Assembly: GCA_963740315.1 (NCBI GenBank)
Contig: CAVUDP010000002.1
Location: 3,296,001-3,360,000, forward strand
DNA length: 64,000 nucleotides
DNA from: an uncultured cyanobacterium
GTDB taxonomy: Bacteria > Cyanobacteriota > Cyanobacteriia > Cyanobacteriales > Nostocaceae
Direction of reading: 5' to 3'
Below, in pieces: positions 1 through 8,051 of this stretch. The notes below the pieces were generated by a model. That model worked only from the letters and a program-made list of their open reading frames with translations. It was not told the origin of the DNA and ran no database searches. The translations under genes and the position numbers were made by a program. How positions within the stretch are numbered: the stretch's first letter is position 1; each line of letters opens with the position of its first letter.

Positions 1-479
1 TTAGAATTGTAATCTCGCTGCAATTCATCGTATATGAACCCCCGAAAAAATAATTCTTCGGCGAAAGCCACACCCAAACCACAAATTAACCCTTCCAAAA
101 CTAATTGCAGCATCGAAAAACTGGGTTGCTGCCAAACTAACCAACCCAATATTCCCTGTAAACCGAATAAAGTTAAAATACTAATTAGTCCAATCGCCAT
201 ACCACGCAGCAACTCGACTCCATTTTTACGCGAAAACTCTAAACCATAATGACGGAATGCTTGGGGTTGCTGATGGATGTATTTACTCCACCAAGGCAGC
301 AAAATTAAAAACTCAACTGCTAAAATACCCATCGTTAAAATAGTCCGGGTATTTTCATCCTTAACTGTAATATAAACCGCCGCGACAAAAGGCAACCACG
401 GCAGCAGCAAACATAAAATAAAGCAGCCCAACCTTATAGGGGCAGGGCGCTGAGCTAAAGTAAATAATTTGATTTTCAT
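1..479 (-). CDS. CPBP/Abi (CAAX protease-like) intramembrane metalloprotease, 5' part; runs off the window start
   Basis: Not in the ORF track. Read manually from ATG at 479: MKIKLFTLAQRPAPIRLGCF...GVAFAEELFFRGFIYDELQRDY. Hydrophobic, with the EExxFRG motif of CPBP proteases. Confidence 0.85.
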   Translation of the reverse strand, partial: MKIKLFTLAQRPAPIRLGCFILCLLLPWLPFVAAVYITVKDENTRTILTMGILAVEFLILLPWWSKYIHQQPQAFRHYGLEFSRKNGVELLRGMAIGLISILTLFGLQGILGWLVWQQPSFSMLQLVLEGLICGLGVAFAEELFFRGFIYDELQRDYNS

Positions 480-595
480 ACCAAGTTACTTGTATCGGTT
501 TGGACACCAACAAATATACTAATATTATTTGTTTCCTTACCATGCTTTTAAGACGGACGGTAACTCAGTATAAACAGTTTCTTTTTTGTTTATGG

Positions 596-877
596 TTACT
601 CTTCCGGTTCTATTGTGCTGCTTAACCCATGATTTTTTAGAGTCTCGCTATAAAACTCGGCGTGTTCTTGAGCGCAAGTAATAACTAAAGCCAATCCATT
701 AGTATGGGCTTCCATCATGATGCTTACAGCCTGGGGTTGGCTGAGGCTCGGTACTGTGGTGATTAGTGTCTGCACCACATACTCCATAGCGTTGTTGTCA
801 TCATTATGGAGCAAAACACGATACCGAGGCGCGTGTTTACGGATTGTTGAAGGCTTCTGTATGGTTTCGACTGACAC
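596..877 (-). CDS. clpS: ATP-dependent Clp protease adaptor ClpS
   Basis: PRYRVLLHNDD..MEYVV and MMEAHTNGLALVITCAQEHAE motifs; GTG start. Confidence 0.95.
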   Translation of the reverse strand: MSVETIQKPSTIRKHAPRYRVLLHNDDNNAMEYVVQTLITTVPSLSQPQAVSIMMEAHTNGLALVITCAQEHAEFYSETLKNHGLSSTIEPEE

Positions 878-965
878 GGTTATTATGCTCTTTTTTCGTT
901 TGTTTACTACAACAGACCTGTTTTCTCAACTTTACTTAACAGTTATTTAAATATTGTATAGCATC

Positions 966-1110
966 TAATTGCCATACTGTGATATCTGCTCTGTAAAACA
1001 TGGACAACTTTGGACACTTACAGTTTTACTTCCTGTTTCTACCGGAGCATGGGAGCGGTTATCCGTCCACAGGCTTAAAAGGTCAAGCCGACCTCTATTT
1101 TTTCGTTTTA
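966..1110 (-). ncRNA. Probable TnpB omega-RNA (right-end RNA scaffold plus flank-derived guide)
   Basis: Lies directly 3' of tnpB. Contains GCCTGTGGA...GAAACAGGAAG and ends ...GTTTTACAGAGCAG, typical of tnpB right ends. The guide would be the flank ATATCACAGTATGGCAATTA (985-966). Boundaries are inferred. Confidence 0.6.
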
Positions 1111-2208
1111 GTTATACGCTAATTTTTCCAAATTTAGCGACGCATTATAATCTCTATCTATTTCTAATCCGCAATTATAACACTTGAAAACTCTATCAAA
1201 TAGAGTTAAGTTTTGGTGAGGGTGTCCGCAAGTTGAACAGAGCTTTGAAGAAGGATACCATCTGTCTGCAATTATTAGTTTACATCCAAATTTATCTGCT
1301 TTATATTCTAATTGCCGCTTAAATTCATAAAAACCACAATCAGAAATTGCTCTAGACAATTTATTGTTAGCTAGCATTCCAGAGACGTTGAGGTTTTCAA
1401 TTACAATTGTCGCGTTGTTTTTACATATGTAACTAGTAATTTTATGAAGCAAGTCTTTCCTAAGAGATGCTATCCGACGGTAAACTTTTTGAAGCTTTAT
1501 TTTTGCTTTATTTCTGTTACTAGAACCATATTGTTTACGTGCTAGTTCTCGTTGAAGTTTTGCTATTTGTTTTAAGTTTTTAGCTAAATACTTTGCATTA
1601 TGAAAGATGTCTTTAGATGATAAAGTAGCTAAGGTTTTGACTCCTAAATCTACACCAACAGCAGGTCTTCTATTATCTACTAATTTTGGTTTTTTTTGAT
1701 AATAAGCAAAAGAAATATACCAGTCGTTGGCTATTCTAGAAATAACAATTTTATTTGTAGTACTATGAGGCAAGCTTTCGTATAATTTTACCCAACCAAT
1801 TGTAGGTAACTTTATTGATTTACCTCCAAATGGAATCGGTTTTCCTCCGCTATTTATTGTAAAAGAGTCGTTTTTACCTTTCTTTTTGAATTGAGGATAA
1901 TCTGCTTGTTTTTTGAAAAAACGTTGGAAAGCATTATTTAAATTCTCGAAAGCAAATTCTGTTATCTTCTGACAGATACCTTTTTCTTTAATCCATTTAA
2001 ACTCTGTCTTCACATATTTGTTAAAAAAAGTGCGAAGTGTCCTACAAGAAAATTTGTAACCAGATTTGTAAAAGTCTCGCCAAACAGCTAATCCCCAGTT
2101 AAAAGTAAATCTAGCTATGCCAGCGTGCTTTGCCATTAAAACTTTTTGAGCATCTGTTAGATTTAATTTAGTTTTAATCCCAAGCAACATATATTCTGAC
2201 ATCGACAA
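1108..2208 (-). CDS. tnpB: RNA-guided endonuclease TnpB (IS607-associated)
   Basis: N-terminal helix ARFTFNWGL, RuvC-I GVDLGVK, RuvC-II IVIENLNV, zinc finger CSTC/CYNC, RuvC-III DRDYNAS. The true start may be the ATG at 2202 or 2190. Confidence 0.95.
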   Translation of the reverse strand: MSMSEYMLLGIKTKLNLTDAQKVLMAKHAGIARFTFNWGLAVWRDFYKSGYKFSCRTLRTFFNKYVKTEFKWIKEKGICQKITEFAFENLNNAFQRFFKKQADYPQFKKKGKNDSFTINSGGKPIPFGGKSIKLPTIGWVKLYESLPHSTTNKIVISRIANDWYISFAYYQKKPKLVDNRRPAVGVDLGVKTLATLSSKDIFHNAKYLAKNLKQIAKLQRELARKQYGSSNRNKAKIKLQKVYRRIASLRKDLLHKITSYICKNNATIVIENLNVSGMLANNKLSRAISDCGFYEFKRQLEYKADKFGCKLIIADRWYPSSKLCSTCGHPHQNLTLFDRVFKCYNCGLEIDRDYNASLNLEKLAYN

Positions 2209-2211
2209 GAA

Positions 2212-2865
2212 CTAACATTGAATTTTTTTACTATTACATTCTAAATCATTATGTCCAGAGTTGTCAATAGTTTCTTCTAATTCTTTTTTTAAAGTTTTAG
2301 AATAACTTCTAAGTCCGTATAAGCGACAAGAAAAACAATGAACTATCGCTAGTAAATCGTCGTATAATTCGGCTTGAGGTGACAAATGGGTTTGATTGGC
2401 TACTATGATTCGACAATCTGAATATTCAGCCAATTGTTCAACAAAATCAAAAGCGAATCGGCATAGTCTGTCTTTATGAGCAACTACAATAACGGATATC
2501 TCTCCTTTCAACATTGAGATAATCATCTCAATAAATTTCTTTCTTTTAAAATTAAGCCCGCCACCAATCTCAGAAATCGTTTCAGTTATAGAATAACCAC
2601 AATTGTTAGCGAATTTTTGCATAGCTCTGACCTGATTTTTTAGTTCAGGTCTTTGATTGCTCGAAGATATTCTACAATAAACAACAATTTTTCGAGCCTT
2701 CGGTTGAGGTTTTTCTCCTAAAGCAACTTTTAAGTCGTCATCCGTATAGTATCTGTAGTTAGAAGGTGTCCGTTTAGCTGGGAGTTTACCACTAGAATCC
2801 CATCTCTGTAGGGTTTTGACGGACACACCTACTATTTTTGCAAACTCGTGAGGCTTGTAATTCAT
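2212..2865 (-). CDS. tnpA: IS607-family transposase TnpA (MerR-like HTH + serine recombinase)
   Basis: GVSVKTLQRWD HTH, catalytic YCRISS, EIGGGLNFKRK, HKDRLCRF, FSCRLYGLRSY. Confidence 0.95.
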   Translation of the reverse strand: MNYKPHEFAKIVGVSVKTLQRWDSSGKLPAKRTPSNYRYYTDDDLKVALGEKPQPKARKIVVYCRISSSNQRPELKNQVRAMQKFANNCGYSITETISEIGGGLNFKRKKFIEMIISMLKGEISVIVVAHKDRLCRFAFDFVEQLAEYSDCRIIVANQTHLSPQAELYDDLLAIVHCFSCRLYGLRSYSKTLKKELEETIDNSGHNDLECNSKKIQC

Positions 2866-3111
2866 AAAACAATACTTATGTCTTAGTTGACTACTATTGT
2901 ATATGGTTGTCTATAAAACCTACAACTAAGTCAAACTCAATTTTCTGCGATCGATTAATTATTGCATTGGTGGATAACCATTACTAGAGTATTAGCTTAC
3001 TTTTTGAGTTTAGTTTTAACTCTACAAGTAACTACTTCCTCCCAATAAGCTCCAGTTAGCTTTTAGATTAAAATAAATATTACGTAATTGTCGCCTTATT
3101 TCCGCGTAAGT

Positions 3112-3447
3112 ATGGACGAAGCAAACTTTCAAGCCGGACAAATAGTCTTTCTAGAATATGGCGAGTGCAGGCTATATGCAGAAGTGATTCAAGTAGTGCG
3201 ATCGCGTCAATTATGCTGGGTGCGTCCTTTATTACTCGTGGCATCCGATCCACCCCAAGTAACTGATATGCGTTCTACTTCTGATTTACTCTGGTCAATA
3301 AATTTGTTTCAACCAGCTTTGGATACGCAAGTAATCGGGCTATACCAAATGATTTTAGCAAAAGAACCCAAGCCTGAATTATTTCAGAAAGCTAAACAAC
3401 AACTTCACCTGTTTATTGTGCAACTTTGGGAAGACACTCAAAATTAG
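3112..3447 (+). CDS. Hypothetical protein (cyanobacterial type)
   Basis: ORF-track 3088..3447; the ATG at 3112 is a more likely start. LYAEVIQVV..RQLCWVRPL reads as a real protein. Confidence 0.7.
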   Translation: MDEANFQAGQIVFLEYGECRLYAEVIQVVRSRQLCWVRPLLLVASDPPQVTDMRSTSDLLWSINLFQPALDTQVIGLYQMILAKEPKPELFQKAKQQLHLFIVQLWEDTQN

Positions 3448-3708
3448 CTGCTCCCTATTCCCTACCTAAACTCACGCTCAGATTTCTTATAAACAAAGGA
3501 TTGAGTGCGATATTCATGCGAAGCGCATCACACCCACCGCGATATCAAAAAATAAAATTATTATTATCTCAGAAAAAAAAGTTAGCGATGGCAAACTATA
3601 AAGATACCTGCGCCGTTAATACTACTCAACTTTATTAAAATGAATTAGTCTTTCAATTGAAAAATTTAATATTTTTAGAGGCAAGTTCTAATAAATTAAC
3701 TAAAACCG

Positions 3709-3903
3709 TTAAAGACTAGGAACCAGCTTGATTCTGCCAGCATCCATTTCAGCCATTAAAAGTTCTAATGCTTCATAATCAACGTCAGAAATATAACCCA
3801 ACTGAGTTAGCTCGGAATTAATTTCATTTTCTATTTCAGGAGTTAATTTCTTGATAACCAAAGCCCTTTCAACCAATTGACGAATCGCGTACTTAGTTCT
3901 CAT
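3709..3903 (-). CDS. Small hypothetical protein
   Basis: 64 aa from the ATG at 3903 (track start 3912). Helical and acidic, with protein-like composition. Confidence 0.7.
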   Translation of the reverse strand: MRTKYAIRQLVERALVIKKLTPEIENEINSELTQLGYISDVDYEALELLMAEMDAGRIKLVPSL

Positions 3904-3983
3904 AGCAAGCAACCATTATGTATTTAATACCAATTATCTCAGATGTGTTTAAGTATAAAACGTGATCCAAACACTACTTAACA

Positions 3984-3999
3984 AGTGATTTGGATCACA
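3984..3999. promoter_or_regulatory. Candidate CRP-family binding site
   Basis: AGTGA-tttgga-TCACA matches TGTGA-N6-TCACA at 9 of 10 positions. It forms one arm of an inverted repeat at 3962-3998. Confidence 0.45.
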
Positions 4000-4374
4000 G
4001 ATATAGCAAATAAGTGGCTTTTTATCTTCAGAAGATACAAGCCAATGATTAAGGAAAAAATAAAGATACTTTATGTTTAATTAGCGTAAGCCCAAAACTT
4101 AATAAGAATGCTTAATAGCTAAGAATTTATAGATAGCTTTTTCCATAACCCAGCACGTAGTCATACTGGTTATATAGATTATTTTTGAACTTTAATTATA
4201 AAAAAGTATATTTAGTTACAGTTTCATGGGTTATTGTAACAATCTTTAAACAGAACTACTCCTGTAGTAAAGATTCGGCAAAGAGAGCTAATACGAATGG
4301 TCGATGCGATAAAAAAAAGATTATGGTCGAATACATCTATCTCTCAAGAAATAATATTTGAATAGGATGTAACT

Positions 4375-4707
4375 ATGCAAGCAATACTTGATAATCCTAA
4401 AATTACTATTATTCGTCCTTTAGGATCTTTAAATGCTGTAAATGCTGTGAAACTTGAACAAGAATTAAGTGCCGCGCTCAATAGAGAAAACAATACAATT
4501 GTATTAGTAGACTTAGAACAAGTTGATTCAATTCATAGTGCGGGTTTGATGGCATTAGTCGCTGGAGTCAAAGAAGCTCTTCAATTACAACAACGCCTTT
4601 GTCTGTGTTCGGTTTCTCCCGCTCACAGAATTATTTTTGAACTTACCCAATTAGATAAAGTATTTGAAATATTTGAAAACAAAAGATTTTTAAAAGCTCG
4701 TATCTGA
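4375..4707 (+). CDS. STAS-domain anti-sigma-factor antagonist
   Basis: RPLGSLNA, LVDLEQVDSIHSAGLMALV (phospho-Ser motif), IFELTQLDKVFEI. Confidence 0.9.
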   Translation: MQAILDNPKITIIRPLGSLNAVNAVKLEQELSAALNRENNTIVLVDLEQVDSIHSAGLMALVAGVKEALQLQQRLCLCSVSPAHRIIFELTQLDKVFEIFENKRFLKARI

Positions 4708-4869
4708 GTAGTTTATTTTGAGCAACTCGTTCCTGTTTTGGCTGGGCGTGAAGACGAGTAAGGAGCGTTTTAAAAATTTAAATAACAAACGCGAAGACAG
4801 TATTACGAATCAATGCTAATGTTGGGAGTGAGTAGCTGTAATTACTAGAAGTAGCTAGAAAATAGCATA

Positions 4870-7467
4870 GTGACTGTTGCAGTAGATAAATTAATTACGT
4901 CAGATATTTCAAAACCATCCCGTTACCTGGGTAACGAGCTTTTAGCAAAACGTAAACCTTGGGATACGGCGACGATACGCTGGGTGTTAACTTATCCAGA
5001 AGTATATGAAGTTGGTGCTTCCAATTTAGGGCATATCATTCTTTACAATATATTGAATGTTCAGCCTCGTCAGTTGTGCGATCGCGCTTATCTACCGGGT
5101 GCGGATTTAATAGCAAAATTAAGAGCGACTCAAACACCTTTGTTTGCGGTAGAGTCAAAGCGAAGTTTGATTGATTTCGATATTTTGGGTTTTAGCCTCA
5201 GTTACGAGTTAGGGGCTACCAACATTTTGGAAATGTTGGATTTGGCTGGCATTCCTAAAACATGGGAAGAAAGATTGGTAGGAGATTATCCCCTAATATT
5301 TGCGGGGGGACAAACTGCTACATCCAACCCGGAACCTTATGCTGATTTCTTCGATTTCATCGCTCTTGGAGATGGTGAAGAACTATTGCCAGAAATTGGT
5401 TTAGTTTTAGAAGAAGGTAAAAAAGCCAAGTTAAGCCGTCAGGAATTATTGCTGGATTTGGCACAGGTACCCGGCGTATACGTACCGCAGTTTTATGACA
5501 TGGCTGCTGACGGTTCGGTTCATCCCAACCGTGCGGATGTGCCGTCTCGGATTATACGACGGGTTGCTAGTCCCATACCGGCTTATTCTATCGGATTGGT
5601 TCCTTATGCGGAAACGGTACACGATCGTTTGACGATTGAGATTCGACGCGGTTGTACCAGAGGCTGTAGGTTCTGTCAACCAGGAATGTTAACTCGTCCG
5701 GCGCGAGATGTAGAACCCGATAAAGTTGTGGAAACAATAAGTTCGGGAATGCGCCAAACTGGTTACAATGAATTTTCTTTGTTATCGCTTTCCTGTTCCG
5801 ATTATTTAGCTTTGAGTTCGGTAGGGATGGAAATAAAAAATCGTCTCAAAAACGAAAACATTTCCCTTTCTCTACCCAGCCAGCGAGTAGATAGATTTGA
5901 TGAAAATATCGCGAATATTTTGGGTGGAAGGCGGCAGAGTGGATTGACTTTTGCTCCAGAAGCTGGTACTCAGAGGATGCGAGATATTGTCAATAAGGGT
6001 TTGACCAATGAAGAATTACTTAGGGGGGTAAAAACAGCTTGGGAACAAGGATGGGACAAAGTAAAGCTATATTTTATGATTGGCTTGCCCGGTGAAACTG
6101 ATGTTGATGTATTAGGCATCGCTCAAACGGTAAGCTGGCTGAAGCGGGAATGTTGGGCAAAAGGTAAAAAACCTTTGAACTTTAACTTAACAATTTCCAA
6201 CTTTACACCCAAACCTCATACACCATTTCAGTGGCACTCAGTTTCTACCGCTGAGTTTAAACGCAAGCAAGAACTATTGCGGCAAGAATTTCGTCGGATA
6301 CGTGGAGTCAAAGTTAATTTCACCGACGTGCGGATTTCGGCGATGGAAGATTTCGTCGGCAGGGGAGACAGAACTCTCGCCCCAGTGCTACGTCGTGCTT
6401 GGGAATTAGGTGCAGGAATGGATTCCTGGTTCGATAATTTAGATAAAGCTTTTGCAGCTTGGGAGCAGGCAATTGCCGAAGCCTCTTTAGAGTGGAAGTA
6501 TCGCCGGGTGCTTTGTGGCGAGTGGAATGTGATGTCCGTTAGTAGCGCCCCAGAGCGCCTCGACGATCCACTGCCTTGGGACCATATAGATACCGGAATT
6601 GAGAGAAAGTGGCTCAAAGAAGATTTACAACGCGCAATGGAAGCCGCCACCGTTCCCGATTGTTCCTTTGACGGTTGTTCTCATTGTGGCGTTTGCGGTA
6701 CCGATTTTGGTCATAATGTGATAGTTCCGCCGCCACCTATTCCGGAATTTACTGGTAATTTTGTTCCCAATACTACCAAGGCTCTACGATTGCGAGTATG
6801 GTTTGGGAAACAAGATGATATGGCATTAGTCGGTCATTTAGATTTAATGAGAGTTTTTGACCGAGCCGTGCGGCGAGCGGGATTACCAGTATCGTTTAGC
6901 GGCGGGTATAATCCACAACCCAGGATATCAATAGCAAATGCTTTAACCTTGGGAGCTACTAGCAGCAATGAAATTGTAGATTTTGAACTAACGCGCATAA
7001 TCGATCTTGATACTTTCCGAAACGATTTGAGTAAAGCTTTACCCGCAGGCATACCTATATATGATGTAGTACTCTTAGATGCAAAAGCCCAAAGTGCATC
7101 TCAATTACTCGAAACTGCTGAGTATTTGATTACTGTAAGCTGTAATAGCCAAACTACTCCATCTCAATGGCTTTCTTGGGTTAATGCGATCGAAGCTAAA
7201 GAAGAAATTTGGGTACAGTACAAAACCAAAAAAGGTAAAATCAAAAATGTAAATCTGCGCGAACGTTTGTTTGAGTTAGAGTTTATTGAGACAGTTCCGG
7301 TCGAACTGAATTCGAGTAGTGCTGCTAACTTAAGGTATGTAGGAGCTTGTCGCAATGATGGTACGATGTTGCGTGCCGAACAAATTCCATTTATGCTTGA
7401 ACTTGTAACGAAAACAGAATTTGAACTGCTGCACATACATCGGAGCAAGCTAATTTTGACGGTTTAA
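4870..7467 (+). CDS. TIGR03960-type radical SAM protein fused to a C-terminal DUF2344 (TIGR03936) domain
   Basis: KPSRYLGNE, YPEVYEVGASNLG, radical SAM CTRGCRFC, Cys cluster CSFDGCSHCGVC, then VGHLDLMRVFDRAVRRAGLPVSFSGGYNPQPR. Confidence 0.9.
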   Translation: MTVAVDKLITSDISKPSRYLGNELLAKRKPWDTATIRWVLTYPEVYEVGASNLGHIILYNILNVQPRQLCDRAYLPGADLIAKLRATQTPLFAVESKRSLIDFDILGFSLSYELGATNILEMLDLAGIPKTWEERLVGDYPLIFAGGQTATSNPEPYADFFDFIALGDGEELLPEIGLVLEEGKKAKLSRQELLLDLAQVPGVYVPQFYDMAADGSVHPNRADVPSRIIRRVASPIPAYSIGLVPYAETVHDRLTIEIRRGCTRGCRFCQPGMLTRPARDVEPDKVVETISSGMRQTGYNEFSLLSLSCSDYLALSSVGMEIKNRLKNENISLSLPSQRVDRFDENIANILGGRRQSGLTFAPEAGTQRMRDIVNKGLTNEELLRGVKTAWEQGWDKVKLYFMIGLPGETDVDVLGIAQTVSWLKRECWAKGKKPLNFNLTISNFTPKPHTPFQWHSVSTAEFKRKQELLRQEFRRIRGVKVNFTDVRISAMEDFVGRGDRTLAPVLRRAWELGAGMDSWFDNLDKAFAAWEQAIAEASLEWKYRRVLCGEWNVMSVSSAPERLDDPLPWDHIDTGIERKWLKEDLQRAMEAATVPDCSFDGCSHCGVCGTDFGHNVIVPPPPIPEFTGNFVPNTTKALRLRVWFGKQDDMALVGHLDLMRVFDRAVRRAGLPVSFSGGYNPQPRISIANALTLGATSSNEIVDFELTRIIDLDTFRNDLSKALPAGIPIYDVVLLDAKAQSASQLLETAEYLITVSCNSQTTPSQWLSWVNAIEAKEEIWVQYKTKKGKIKNVNLRERLFELEFIETVPVELNSSSAANLRYVGACRNDGTMLRAEQIPFMLELVTKTEFELLHIHRSKLILTV

Positions 7468-7468
7468 T

Positions 7469-7508
7469 AATTTGAGGGCAATTATAGTTGTAAAATAGCC
7501 CTCGAATT
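7469..7508 (+). terminator. Stem-loop immediately after the radical SAM gene
   Basis: AATTTGAGGGCAATT...AAATAGCCCTCGAATT imperfect inverted repeat. Confidence 0.5.
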
Positions 7509-7546
7509 AAACATCAATTTGGAATTGATTTTTTACGACCTTGCGT

Positions 7547-8051
7547 TAGAATTAGATGAAGAGAAATTTTCTGGCGCTGCAAAGGAACTAGCTGATTCAC
7601 TAACCGCTCTGTACGTGGCGAAGACCGCTTTCTATATTAGAGTCTTGACGCTGGGATATTTTCCTGGATAAAGCATCGGTAGATCGAAGAACGTTATCTC
7701 GGTCATTGTTTATGGCTATAAATGTGAATCAGTAATTTTTGTACCAGCTTAGTCCAATCTCTTCTCCCGAATTTTATGATTTATAAGGCAACTGCCTCTA
7801 CCCAACGTCTTTATTGGTGAGGGGGAAGGCATCAAAAATTCACCACGAACGCGCAATTTAATTAAAAAAATATGCAACCGTTGTGGAATCCGAAAGGCGT
7901 ATAAACGCAATCGCAATTGTTTATAGCTCGTGTTTATTTGAGCTTTGTAAGTGCAATTTTATTACAGCAGCGTCTTGCAGGGGTAAGGTAGGGTAGATTG
8001 AATCATAACCCCTCCCCGAATATTTGAGCTGCCAATTTTTGAGGAAATTGA
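7547..8051 (+). promoter_or_regulatory. rne promoter and long structured 5' leader
   Basis: TAGAAT at 7547-7552. Long-range pairings GAAGAGA(7558-64)/TCTCTTC(7758-64) and CTGATTCAC(7592-600)/GTGAATCAG(7724-32). Confidence 0.55.

Larger units (their letters stand above)
986..2944 (-). mobile_element. IS607-family insertion sequence (tnpA serine recombinase + tnpB)
   Basis: tnpA-tnpB gene pair with no terminal inverted repeats. A shared core TCTGC (GCAGA on the minus strand) lies at 985-989 and 2944-2948. Short subterminal repeats occur at both ends. End positions are inferred. Confidence 0.9.

Noticed and set aside
1108..2208. Nuclease-dead TnpB (TldR-type) regulator
   Set aside because: The RuvC D-E-D residues are intact and tnpA is adjacent.
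2866..2944. IStron (group I intron fused to IS607)
   Set aside because: Only ~80 bp separate the inferred left end from tnpA, too short for an intron core, and the insertion is intergenic.
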